From NCBI GenBank assembly GCA_012295275.1, contig CM022665.1, forward strand, positions 36,270,001-36,334,000: DNA of 64,000 nucleotides, read 5' to 3'. Below are positions 38,906 through 53,285 of this stretch, one piece after another (the stretch's first letter is position 1; each line of letters begins with the position of its first letter). The DNA comes from Chrysomallon squamiferum. Taxonomy: Eukaryota; Animalia; Mollusca. A program made the position numbers and the translations under genes. Under the pieces are notes generated by a model. That model worked only from the letters and a program-made list of their open reading frames with translations, had not been told where the DNA came from and made no database searches.

Positions 38906-41900
38906 GCGACATCTAATGTTGAATATTACGAGCGACAAAAAGAATTGCAAGATACTTTACATCAAAGGTCATTTACTAAACTCTCAAATATTGCATGTCA
39001 GCTAAACATGAATGAAACTGTAATGGAGTTCTCAGCATCAACACATGTGATAGGGAAAATTAATAATTCAATTCAATTCTCTTTGAATATTTTGCTTTCA
39101 ATCTTGAAATTAAAACATCAAATTTAATTTTATCATTTTAAAAACAAATTTAGTAACATGTACATAGGCTTCGAATACTTGAAAATGTTTTTTATTTCTT
39201 CTTTTTCTTTCTTTTTTGTCAATGTTCAAGATAAATTTGGTGCTGAACATTATCAGAAGATTTTACTTTTGTTTTTATTATTGTTACAAAATTTAGCTAT
39301 AACAACATAAATAATAAAATTCATTTGACAAAATCCCAGCAAACAGTTAATCTTTTTATGATCAGTGTTTTCAGTGGGTAACAATATTAACATATGTATA
39401 TGAGTTTTCATAAAGTTTTAATTTATTATTTATTTATTTTGCAGTGAGCAAGAAAGACACCAGTTAGATTTACAACTAAAAGCATATTTTCAATCTGATC
39501 AGCGGCTGTAAGAATTTGATTTATTCACTATTGTCATTCTAATTCATGAAAATCAAATGAATACTTAATCCAAGACTGTGAAATACTAAATTCTGTATGT
39601 GATGGACATGCATGATAATTAATTTAATGATTTTAATTTGGAATCTTTGGTAGCTTGATTTATATCTTTATTATACCTTAAGTATTTGTTACATGTTAAA
39701 TAAAAAAATTTAAAAATTAAATAAAGTAAAAATAAATATATAAATAAATAAAATGCTGTAAAGTAGATAGGAAACAAAAAGTTGAAAGATAATTTATAAT
39801 AATATATATGTTTTTTATAAACTGCTGATTATTAGTAGTAGTAATAGTAGTAGCAGTAGTTTCATTGTTGTCATCATCATCATTTATTTATTTTAATTTT
39901 TGATCACTCAAATACTTTTCTGTACATTTTTAGGGCTAAGCTGAAAGCAGTCAAACTGCAAGCTTACTGGAAGAAAATATGTGAACAGGAGAAAAGGAGC
40001 AAGGAACGAAATGAACAGATTTTACGCAATTTTGAGAGGACAGATGCACACATAGCATCACTAAGTGCTCGTACAGATAAACTGAAATTTCTCAAAGTAT
40101 TTCTATATATATAATATATATTTTTTATTTTTTTATTATTATAAATATTTAACTCAAACTATAACTGTACTGTTATCAAATTGAAGTTCATGTTTTGTAT
40201 GATTCATGTTTCAGCCTGTGGAATTTGAAAAGTCTAAAATGAAGTTTATTCACTAATGTATTAGCATCATTTTATTTTTTAAACAGTCTCTATGTAATTC
40301 ACCCATGAACTTACTTAGTGTATGGAAAGTAAGTGGTATATATATGGTATAATAATAATTAATAATAAATAATTTTCTTTTGTCATGTATGATGCTTGAA
40401 GCATCTAGTGTTGTTAAGTTCATTTAAGTTTTTTTATTTCACCAGACATTCTTTTATTCTAATTCTTGTAATGTATAACAAGGATCTTTTTAACAAATTT
40501 TATTTCTTCATCACATAGCAACAATATGAACAAGAAATTGAGCGAAAATATCCCCAGTGGCGAGAAATGGTCAGAAAAAACCAAGAGGCTGAAGCCAACA
40601 AAGAGGTGAAAATAGGAAATAAATAAAGACTGGAATTTATTATCATATAATCTGTTAACTATATACAGGTCATTTATTTGTTAAAAAAATATTTTAGTTT
40701 TTTAAAACTTACCATCATTTAAAGTATATTTTAATGATTTCATTTAGAAGTTACTGTTTTCACTGCAATTCTGAGGTCCAAAAAAAAAAAAAGAAGAAAA
40801 TAATAATAATAATAATAATAAAAAATGGAAACTATGTCTGTACACTCAAGTCATGTCTGTATTGATTGCAGTGTACAAACAATTCCTTTGAATATGAATT
40901 CAGTGAGAAAGTTTCCATCACTGTTGTATATGTGAATAAATGATTTGGTTGTAAAATATTATTTACACAATAAGTCAGTACTAAAAATTTGATACAGAGT
41001 ATTTTACATCATATTTTAAATCTTATTTGTTTGTTTTATTTTGTTCAGAAAAAGGCTGAGCATGAAGAAACAGATTCTAAGCCTGTCAAGACAACTGTAT
41101 CATCATCTCCTACACGGAAGATTGTTTCTGGATCTCTAAAGACAGACATTTTTAATATCCGAGCCACATCAACATCATCTACATCAAACAAACCAGTTTC
41201 CATGACACCTGTAACATCACAGCCTCCTACTATGGGAAATCAGACATCTGTTGATTCTTCTGGCACAAAAGCAGAAACCAGGACAGTGATTTCATCTGTT
41301 CAGAAAAACAAAATGCAGAGCAATTCTTCAGTGCCTGAAGAGCCAGAGGCATTTGAAGTAAAAGAAGCAACACAAATCAAATCAGGTATATACTCTGAAA
41401 GGCAAATCAAGTCACAGCAAGCATATTTTAAACCTAATTGACATAAACATATTAAAGTAATATTTAGAACTCAACTGTTCTTATAATGCATTATTTAGTA
41501 TAAAATATTGTTCATTATTATACATTTTGTTTTCTTTTTTTATTGCCATAGTAGTTGTTATGGTGATGATAATAATTATAATTTTACCACAACTATTACT
41601 GCTCTTGATACTATCAGTACTGCCACTGTTATCTTCTTCTTTTTTTCATAACATTAATCAAAGAGTAATAATTACCTCCATATTAAATTTGGGTAGTATT
41701 AATGTATCAAAATTTATTTTAAATTTTATACTGGCAGATTTTAATTGTAACATGTCTTGTTTTCTAGCAGTGCATGTAGACACGATCGGGCCAATGAATC
41801 CAGGTGATGGTGACAATGACAGTGATTTAGGCAGTGATGTGGAACTACCTCTGAGTGATACTAATCCATCTGATAGGGCTCGCAGAGAATCAGAACATTC

Positions 41901-44900
41901 TCGAGCTGATTCTGTGCAGCATTTCTCACGAGCATCTAGTCTTCAGTCATCAAGAAAAGCCAGGTTTGTTTAACACAATTTTTCATAGGCAGACCTGGAG
42001 GACTGGAGCCCACATAATTCATCCTTTCATCCATTTATTTTGATATATACATGTGTATCTGACATTATTAGAATAGTTTTTATTTATTTATTGTTATATT
42101 GTTCACTTATTTTTATAGAGTAAGTAAGAAATGTATGTAACATTTTTATTATTATTATTACTTCTTTTTTATTTTTCAGTGAGTTTGGTGATCTTAAACC
42201 AGAATTGACTTTAGATGGATTGTTGTACATACTGAAGTATGTCCAGAATGATTTCAACGAGGCTTTTACATTGCAAGGTTTCTACAGATCCTCCAGACCT
42301 GACTCAAAGCAGAAGATGGAAATTATTCGGTATAGTTTATAAAACAAGTATGGTATATTCAGCAAAATAGATTCTGTTGTTACTGTCTCACATACAAAAA
42401 AGTTCTGTAAGAACAGTTTGGAATTTGTTGTTTTGTGCAATTAATTATCCAATATCACTAAAAGATGTTGAGTTTTCCATTTAATATGAATATAAAAATT
42501 TAAAGTTATTAAGTATGTATGTCATATTTAACTACAGAAAAACTCAATTTCAAATCATTAAAACAATGGACTTGATTATATTGAACATTTTTTAACAGTT
42601 GAGTAAATACATAAACCTAGTTATAAAATTATTAATTTAGTAACACAACTATGGTTCAAACATATAGTGACTATTTAAAATGCATAAGCAGCTCAAAATA
42701 TTAATTCTGAAAGCATGATAACAAAACCATTAAATGAAGATAAGTAAAAAATAAAATGAGCAGTTTACACTTTTACTACCATTAAACCATTCGAGTGCAC
42801 AATGTATTGATATATAAATAGTTTAACATTTCAGTACTGCCAACCATGGAGAAGACCTAAAGCTGATAGATTCTGATCTGATAAGTATGGTGGCCCTGGA
42901 TGAGATGACACTGGTGATACGCAATCTGAGTGAGGGATGTCTGCTTCCAGACAGCTTGTTAGAAACTGACACAACAAAACAAACAGCAGACTCTATCAAG
43001 TAAGTTTTTAAACCTGCAATAAATTCATATTGTTACACAGAATTAATACTTGTACATGCTATGTATACATATATGTGTATATTTGTACAGACATACCTGT
43101 GCGTAGGTGTTTATGTAGCAGATTAAGAAATAAAAACTGTCTCATGAATCCAAAATTAACAGATTCAAATAATTCTGTTGTGTGTATTTGTATCCCAGAA
43201 GATAAACTAATTTTAATTCTTTGAATATTTTCTCCACACACACATCCCAAAATGATGAGACTAGAAAGTTGCTTTTACTCAGTTTATTTTCTCTCTAAAG
43301 AATATTTTACTGTTCTGTTTTATAATGTACTGCAGATCAATGCTGTCACCAGATGCTCAGAAACTGTGGACAGGTCTGTTTGATCACTTTGATCAGATCA
43401 TTAAATTCAAAGTGATGGAACCAAAAGAAATTGCCTGCATTTTTGTCCCCTGTTTGGTGGAAGATGGGTCACCCAATCAGGACAAAGTGAGTTTTAGATG
43501 TTCCTGCACATTCATCTAAAAACAGTTAAAAGAAATTTTATTTTAAAATAAAGTATTAGATATTAGTTTGATTATCACAAATTAAAAAGAGCTGCTGAAG
43601 AAACTAAAACTCCCTTCTGTTATTTGATGATATGGTTTTAATTAATTAGGGTCAACACTTAGAGATGTCAGTCATGTAGATTATATTTTGAAAAGAAGAA
43701 GAAGACTGAAAAACACAGATATTATTATATCTATATCATATCTAACATAAATGTAATTTTTATATATATATAAATTTATTATTAATTTTTTATTTCCAGG
43801 CTCTTTCATTACTTGTACGTTTGCTAACTAAAATGGAAGGAGATGCAACTGATGATGCTTCCTCAGCTGCATCGCCTCAGATTGCACCAACACCACGAAT
43901 TGCAGCTGTTACAACACCAACTTTCACAGATGATGGAAAAGGTAACATAGCTTGCAATAAAAGAAAAGGAATTATAAAAATTTGTTTTGGTGCCTAGATT
44001 TAAAAAAAAAGTGTATACATACATAGTATAAAATAAATCGATTTTTCTTTCATTTTTAGCTCCCCCTCAAACCCAACAAAACAACAACAACCTAGCAAAG
44101 CAGAACAAAACAAAAATACAGTACAGTAGAGCTCAAAAATGAAACAAAATGAAATATTTAGTTACTGACAATGTTTGTTAGTTATAATTTTATTACATTT
44201 TATTATAATATTTCTCTGTTAGCTGTTCCACCTCTGAAGTTTGGAAGCCTAATAGATTCTCAAAGGACAATTACTGATGAAGATTCCAGCATGATGAGTC
44301 TTTCAAAGGAAAAGATTCCTCTGAATGGTAGGTACAATGTAAATAATTATGTTAACAGATCTATTTCTAAAACAGTCAGAATGGTATGTTGCACTCTGAT
44401 GACTTGGTTAGAATATTTTCAAGATGTAAGAAGCATTTTAATAAAATAAATAACAAAAATCTTCAGAATTCAGAAATAAATAATACAGTCATTTGAATGT
44501 TTGTGGTATATATTTAGAGTTTTCTCCATTTTGGAATAGATTCTTATTTTCTTTAAAATGACTTACTTCTCTAATTACTGAATAAAGAGGAAATGGTTTT
44601 AAAATTAAAATAAAAAAATAAAAAAATAAAAAAATAAAACCTTAATTTTATATTAATGGGAATGGGTTACATACAAATATTTGAGATGGTATGTCATTGT
44701 TAGGTTACATAAAACACTTTGCAGCCAAAAGATACACAGAAAAAAAAATAACTCAAAAGCGATGTTTTACAGAAAATGTTATTCCTTTCTGAGTATTATG
44801 AAGACATGGGTGTTCTTATTTTATTTTTAATAATTTTGTTTTCCTGTTTAGAAACTGATGCTTACAAGAATATGTTATCTGGTACGATAATAGACAACAA

Positions 44901-47503
44901 AGTTGCGAATGATGATACTGATGATGATGATGAAATAGAAAAACAGTTTAACTCAGCTATCACACCTAGAGAAAAAGAACCTAAAAAGCAAGAAGGTAGT
45001 AGCGCAAGGTAATTTTAAAAATAAAGATATATGTATTTTGTTTATTTTGTTCTTATTTTTTTAAGAACACAAAAATATAGTTTCACTTTAGTTACAAAGT
45101 TTCTTTTACTTTTTATTTTTTAATATCTGTAGTAGAGTGTACATTGATATTAATATCCAATCTTATCTATTTTATTAGCATTAATTTTTGATTTTTAAAA
45201 GAAAAATATTATTATTATTTTGTGGTAATCTGTATTAAATGTTTAATAGAACATTAAAAAGTATCATAAGCATTGAATGTTAAAACCCTTGTGCATTAAA
45301 AATTGACACTTATATGCAGTTTATTCAACTAAATGTTTACTTTGTTAAAATATATTAATTAAACTATGATTAGGTGAAACAATAGTAATTTTTAATCTTT
45401 CATTTTAATTAATTGATAAATCAGAAAATAGTTATATTTCTATTTATTTCTGTGAATGTGTGTTATTAGCATTAGTCCACTTAAACACAGATAGAATTTG
45501 TGCTTTATTTTAATTTTTTGAATTTTTTTTTTGCACCCTCTTTCCACCATTAAGCATTTAAAGATTATATTTAACCATAAATTTTTCAGTTATTGCAGTT
45601 CATTAAAATTTTTAATAAACATATTTATTTTCATAAGCCAAAGACTTTTTTGGGGAAAAAAAAAAAATGAAGACCTTAAAAAAAGAAGAAAGAAACCAAA
45701 AAAACCCCCACACATTTCAAATTCTACTTAGAAAATTTATGCAGTTCAGATAATGTTAGTTCAAGGTGCCCTGCAGTTTATACTACTGTTTAATGATTTG
45801 AGTTTTCTAGTTTTGCACTGATCTAACACTTTCAGTAAGCAGAACATTCCGACAAAGAAACAAACTGTAGATGATGATGAAACGTCTGAAAGTCTGCCAT
45901 CAGGGGCAGCTGCTCCATCCTACGTTCCAACTGCTATGACTGGGTTCAGGTACAGAAACATGTCTAGTTACCCTGCATGTTTCATCGCTTTTGTGTTTAT
46001 TGTCTCATGTTGTTACATGGTTTCTTGTCCATGTTATATTTTACTTTTTATTGCCTGACATTTATATGTTTGTTACAGATATCAGCAGTTTCATGAACTG
46101 TATATTTATGCATGCTGGTGGCAGCCATGTTTTTTGTATCATTTGTTATACACAGTTTTTCACTTTGTTGTTGTATCTATTATATTCATGTAATGTTATA
46201 TAATCCATTACAACAGTGTTGACCAATGTATTGTATGTTGCTGTATTATTCCAGCATTTCTCTTGGCTTATTCAACATCTGTTTTTACTATGCTCTTTTG
46301 ATTGTGTTCATTTGCAAGCTTAATTATTAGAGCAATATGTGGTTATCTGGATGTACAATTTTAATTATTAATTTTTATTTTTATATTTGATTATGGCTGT
46401 GAGCATCAAACTAGTTAACATTGTACTAGTTAACATTTTCTTCATTTATATAGATCTCATTTCTGTTTTCCTTCAGTGTACAGAGAAATGCTTAGCATCT
46501 TAACATTGTCTTTTAGATTGCACATTAATCTCTGCATGCTTAATACTAACCTGTAAAGACTTCAACACAATCATTAACTCCCCAAAATAGTTAATAAAAA
46601 CAACTGAAATTAACTGTTATTTATTTCCATAATTTTTTTGATGTTTCTCTTCTTATATTTAAAAATATATATTTTTATGTCACAATTTTAATTATTTAGA
46701 TTTGATTTTTCAATAAAATAATAGCTTACATGGTTGTTTTTTTTTAAATTTATGTGATCTGTATTATTATTTTTCACTAAAATATTCTCATTTAATATTG
46801 TTGCCTAAAAAGGTATGCATATAAATATTTAACTTCATGAACAGTTTTTTTATTATGCTTCTTAATAATCTGAAAATATTTTGATGCTACAGATCGACAA
46901 TGACTTCTACAGGTTCTAATCAGACCCCAAGAAAACAAGGCAAGTTGAAGTTTTCATTTTTCAGATAAAGATTTAATAAATGTTGAACTGTTTCTAATTT
47001 TTAATTTGTTTTTTTCTTAGACAGATTATTATTTTCTCAAACCTTGTCTATTCAACCAAAGTAACATTCTCCCCAACACTCAGTGTAAAATGGATTTAAA
47101 TTGCTGTTGTCATGGAATTTTGTAACAGATACAATTTATGATATTCAAATATTACATTTTATTTTTTAAACACACTCTATGTAATTCTGATATACAACAG
47201 TGATGGAAACTTTCTTACTGAATTCATATTCACAGGAAATGTTCATACACTGCAATCAATACAGACATGACTTGAGTGTACAGACACAGTTTCCACCAAT
47301 TTATGCTATGGTTTAATATCTGCCTTATTGAAATAATGCATAACATGACTGTATCTAAAGATACTGTAACAGTAAAATATGTTTATCTTTCAGTGGGAAT
47401 CAAAATCAGTTCTGACCTGGACACAGATACAGAACCTGATATACTGGCAGCCAGCAAAAACAGACCTGCATCAGAATCAGATGATTTTGATTTCTATGGA
47501 TAG
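38903..47503 (+). CDS. KIZ: Centrosomal protein kizuna (PLK1S1), 15 coding exons, about 683 aa
   Basis: Exons 38903-38967, 39445-39507, 39934-40096, 40519-40605, 41049-41385, 41768-41963, 42180-42329, 42835-42999, 43336-43486, 43800-43941, 44223-44327, 44852-45008, 45836-45949, 46893-46939, 47394-47503 join in frame (2052 nt). The N-terminus YYERQKELQDTLHQSEQERHQLDLQLKAYFQSDQRLAKLKAVKLQAYWKKICEQEKRSKERNEQILRNFER resembles the kizuna coiled coil (YYERL..LQ..L..SE..R..L...QSD....KLK.VKL..Y.K.ICE.EK....RN...L..FER). It also has an ETxAY motif and an acidic DDFDFYG terminus. Confidence 0.85.
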
Positions 47504-47629
47504 TGCGTAACACACATACACATGCATAGAACCACACATACTCAGATACATTGAACAGTCACTGTGATATCTAGTTATTCTTATTCTATACAATATATTT
47601 ATTGTTCCTTCATGATAGACAGCAAATAG

Positions 47630-47850
47630 CACTTGGGAGTTACAGCAACAGTTTTAGTAGTAGTTCTGGTAAATTATAGTAACATTATTTTTTGCAAATC
47701 CTGGCAAGTTATAGTAGCATATTTTTTGCATATAGTACTGGGAAGTTACAGTCTTATTTTTAGAAAACAACACTGGGAAATTACAGCAACACATTTTCTG
47801 GGGAATTATAGTATCATATTTAGCATATGGTACTGGGGAGTTAATTAACA
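47630..47850 (+). repeat. Degenerate minisatellite (about 25-38 bp unit, about 7 copies) in the KIZ 3' UTR region
   Basis: Recurring CTGGGAA(A/G)TTA(C/T)AG(T/C)A(A/G)CA..TTTT. Confidence 0.7.
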
Positions 47851-50107
47851 GTAGTACTTACTTCCCCAACAGAAAATAATAGTAGTTATGCTATTTCCAT
47901 TAAATGTATATACAGCAAAGAACATTTGTTATTTTGTTAATGTTTCAGTAGATAGAAGCAGTTTTAAACTACATACTTTGTTTTACAAAGATTAATTATG
48001 AAGTCTCCTACATTGTTATTTTGTTGTGTAGAAAGTGCAACTTAAATGTAGTTTTTTAAATTAAATTACAAATCAACCTCAGCATGGACAACATTAGGAA
48101 GTTGTGATATATTAGTTTTAATAATATATTTTCAACACAGTATACTTGTTTATGTCTTGTGTATTTTGTTTACCATTTTACATTTTCAGTTTTATATATT
48201 TATTTTATTTATTTTGCTAACAGTAATAAAACAAATCATTGTCCATTTTCATTTGTCTTTGATTCTAAAACTATCAGCACATTTTTAGTAAATTAATAAC
48301 ATATTCACTTCTATAGTCAATTCCTTTCCAACAGCTAAATGCTTGAATGTTATTTATTAAAGCATTCATTTATCAATTTATTGACTTTACGCTGGTTAAA
48401 GGAAATTTTTTTTATTTATTTATCTTCTTTTTTAAAAATGATTATTTAATTTTATTAGAAAATAATTATTTTAGCTCTTATAATTAAAGACTATTATTAC
48501 ACTGACTGACTCAGAAAGATGCAGATTAAAAGTAAATGCAGCAGGCTGTTGTTCCACAAAGCAGTCACTTGAGCAGCGAAATACAGAATCAAACCTAATT
48601 ACAACTACAGAAATTCTGCCATTTTACCTTTCCCCACAGTTTGTTTATCTAAGGCTGTGGTTTGTTTATGTTATTTGTGTATCTTATATCTTTATATCAG
48701 ATACAGGATAGTTTTTCAAACCCTAACCCAATTCAAAACAAATGTTAGAACATACCTTCTGCGGTATTAATGTGACACAAAGACATAACAGTATTGTTTA
48801 ATTTAAAAAAATAAGGCAGAGAATTACTATAAAAAAAAAATTAAAAAAATAAGCCCAAGAGTTTCAACATAACTATGGATCTACATTAGTTAGTCTTTCT
48901 GTGTAAACATTTGTAATTGTTAACATCAACTTATTTTGTGCTTGTGCTTCAGAGACTAATGAAGGAAAGCTGCACAAAAGCAGTTTATCATAATTCATGA
49001 GAATAGAATATGTTGTGGTGACTGAAAGTTTCCCCTCTAGAGTTACTTTCATCATACAAAACCATAGCAGTATATCTATTCATTCATAGTTTAAAGTATT
49101 CAAGAGGACAAACTTTTTGTTTTTTATATTATAAAAATGTATCTTGAAAAATGTGCCAAATAATAATAATAATAATAATAATTTGGAAACAGTATTTCAT
49201 TTCAGTATATTTAATTTATTATATATTATACAAATACACTGTGTATAATAATAAAATAACAATAATATTGTATACATAATTATGTAACAATTATTCCAAC
49301 AAATAACTGATGAAAATATATACTAATATCTGAATTGACATCATCTTTTCAATACATTTAAATATGTTATATTCACTGGTCATAAACTGATTTAGATTGT
49401 AAATTCAGATAAATGTCTTCTAAATTATTTCAATGCAAAATATATTTCTTAGAAAACAATAATCATATATATATATATATATAAAAATTTCTCTATAAAA
49501 TTTTCTTTTTTACAATAATGATAGAATATTTAAAATATTGCAATGCTCCAAGAAAACAAAGAGATATAAAATATTGCAATTTATTATTTACCTATAAAGT
49601 ATTCTTTCTTCAAGTTCAAAGTAATAACTAACAATGTATTGCAATGCCCGACCGTAATGATGATAAATAACAGAACATTGCAACAATTCCATTATTTATA
49701 TAAATAAAAAATGTCACAATACTGTTGTTTAAATAAGAATAGAAAATTACAAAAAATGTAATTATATATATTTTTTATTTCTATTATGGTTATTATTATG
49801 TATGTATGTATGTATCCAAGTAAAATGACAGTTACTTTCAAAATATAGCAAATCCCTATAAAAAAATCTCAAATATTATCTTCAATTAATAATATATTAC
49901 AAAACAATTTACACTCTCCAAATAAAGTTTTCTTTTCCCAAACTGGAAAGAATCCTAATTAACAAAAATATTACAATCATCAATAAAAATACATTTTTGT
50001 TTTATATATATATAATATATATATATATAAACAATAATTAATTATTAACATATTAGTTTCTCACAGCCATTTAACACAAATTTGTTAGAATCTAACTGAC
50101 TGGGGTA

Positions 50108-53100
50108 TCATGTAATAGCCTCCAAGGTCATTCTTCTCGGAGCTGGATCGTAAGGATAAATGTTCTCAAGTTTACCATCGGGACCCTCATCTTCAGGGTC
50201 TATCTCACCCTCAAACATCTGCTGAAGAAGAACTTCAACCTTCTTGCGACCTAAACAGAAAAAAAGTTGATATTGTATTTCACATTTATAAAGTCTGCAG
50301 CAATATAATAAGAACAGTATATTTATAGAGAATGTGTCAGAAAATAGAATTTTTGTGTTCAAGTTGTATTTTATTTCCTTTGTAAATTCAGACCTATCTT
50401 ATAATTTTCACTGAAGCAAATTCTTGATTCTAATAATTATTTTGCTCTTCTTGTTAGCAGATGCATCGTTATTATATTACCACTCAAATAAATGGTTTTT
50501 AAACTTTATATTTCCTATGTGGTCCCATTGATCTGCAGTTCAGTATTTAGCTAAAGCTTGATGTATATATAATGTGTTGCAGGATAAATCAACCTTGTTG
50601 TTTTCCAATTCCAATTACTGTCCCACCTGTATACAGTTGTACCCTGCCCTACATCATTAACTAATACCAAAACCTGTGACATAAACCATACGTAATGCTT
50701 TAAAATGATGACAAACATAGAACTATCATAAGAACATAATTATTGCTAAACATTAAAGAACTCTAAAAACATATTTTAGTCATATTTTTTAAAGAATGAA
50801 GGACAATAAATATATAACTTAACTTGTGATTCTCTCTTATGTATGATGGCAAATACATTTTGTATTTTAATTTTTTTATTATTATTTTTTAAAGGTTCTT
50901 TTATTTTTAATTTTTAATTATTTTAAATACATTTTAAAGGAAAAATGTTCATATTCATTTATTATAATGTGGGTTACACTGCTGACTGAAGTAATATTAG
51001 ACATTAAGGTGTTAGCTGAACTGAATTTAACTCTAGAAAAGTAGTATAAAGGCAAATTTGATGTAAGCCAAAATAACATGAAGTTAGGCATTACAGTATT
51101 CATTCAGGAAAAGGTTTCTAATTAATAAAGATAGTTACATGTACTTGATAGCCAATAACCACTAGCATTACAAGTTTGAGGTTTTATTAAACATTCATTC
51201 AGTCATTCAATCATTCAAACAGTTTATTAATTCATTCATTTATCCATCCATCCATCCATTCATTCATTCATGTGAACTCACTTCTCTTCTTTAATATAAA
51301 CTTCAGTCCTTTTTCAGCAGAAAAATCTTCAATGCTATCTGAATCAGAACTGTCTTCATCTGATTCATCTGGTTCAGGTAACTGCTCATTGTCCACAAGT
51401 TCAATAGTGTCTCCAGGTACACTCTTCTTTCTTGATTTAGGTCTGTCAAACATTAGCTGATGTTAACTTTACATCACAGAAAAGAACAAATTATGATTTA
51501 CAAACCTAAATTGACATTCATTTTCTTTAACTGGATCTTCCACTTTTTTTCTTCTTTTTTTTAAAATTATATATATATAATTTAATTATTTTCTTTTTTT
51601 AAGTTGTTATGACAATAACAAAATACTTTATTTAAGAAGTTGTGCTATATTTTGGTATTTTTCCATCTGCAATTAGGTCTAGGATTAACAATAAAATGAA
51701 ACCAATTACCAGTGGGTGCATAATCAACATCATTTGTAACAGAACTTGTAAAAATAAATAAATTAAAACCCTTAATGTATATCTTACAGTAACATAGCTA
51801 TTTATTATCAACATAATCCTACCCTCCAATCCCAAGTCCAAGCATTTTAATTGTAGCCTCAACCTGTGACTCAATCTTTGGCACTTTCTGCAGGGAATAT
51901 TCCAAGATGAATGCTTCTAGGATGAAAGCTGTGAAAATACTGAGAAAAAAAAAGAAAAAAAAAATTATTTTCAGTTTACAACATTCTGAATAACCATTAC
52001 TTTAATTTCCTGAAAATGGATTCAGTAAGATTTTATAGCAATTAGGTTATCTAATCTGAAAGCTTTTATATTAAATATATATATACCTTTGAACTTTTAA
52101 GGGCACAATGTTTCTGAAAAGCCAATTATATATTGCTTATAAAACACTATTTTGATACGTTATCCTAGCATATTGTTGGTGTCGGTGTTTTTTTAAATGT
52201 TTTTTTTTCTTTATTTCAATTTTTGAAATGAAGAAACATACATTATTAACATACCAAATTTGTTAATTCTGGGAAAAAAATATGTTTTCAAATGACGAAA
52301 AATGCAATATTTCTTAATTTTAGAAACCACATTTACAAATGAAGAAACACACATTATTTATTAACTGCAGAAACAATATGCTTTCAAAAGAAGAAAAATG
52401 CATTATTTATTAATTTTAGAAACAATGTTTCCAAATGAAGAAACATACATTACTTATTCTGGAAACAGTGTGTGTTAAAATGAAGAAACAAAGATGTTTA
52501 ACTGCTACTTACTTGAGAACAATGACAACACATGTGAGATGAAAGAGAAAGAAGTAAATACGAGCTGCTTTGTGGGTTACCATGACAAAACCTGATGTCA
52601 GAAGTGATCAGATAAGGAAAATTAAATAAATATTATGAATGGTTGTTAAATGTCATCTCTCTACAGATTACTCTGCTATGATGAGCAGAAGAGCTTATAT
52701 CACACACTTTGAAAAATAACTTGTTGAAATGAGAAATCATTAAATGGGTGTAAATGATCACCTAAGAAAAAATAATCTCATAATATTCTGCTATTTACAT
52801 AGTTACATACACTAGTTAATTTCTTTTAAGTTCTTTTTTTCTTTTTTTCAGTTAGTAAAATATACTTTTTTATTATAATTGTAAAGCTTACATTTATCAA
52901 TACTTATTTTTCAAATTATCAGTTAAATATCTTGTACAAGATTATAACATTACCATCTATTATGCATAAAAGTAATTTAAATATTTCAAGGATATCATGC
53001 CATTGATTAACAACTGTCAACTCAAAGAGAAGAACAAAAGCTTTGAGGATGTCATTGAAGTTGTTGTTGCAGTAGTGTGCTCTGTAAAACAAGGAGTTTT

Positions 53101-53226
53101 TCAATGCTTCATTTCCACACCATAGATATTTCTTCTCAACAACAGACTCATTGTAACCATAGTAATTAATTTTACCATGGAAGATTTCTATACCAATAAT
53201 GGCAAAGAAATAGTAAAACACCTACA

Positions 53227-53285
<59 letters not shown>

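Noticed and set aside
47630-47850. CRISPR-like repeat-spacer appearance
   Set aside because: Eukaryotic locus with degenerate repeats, short related linkers and no cas genes.
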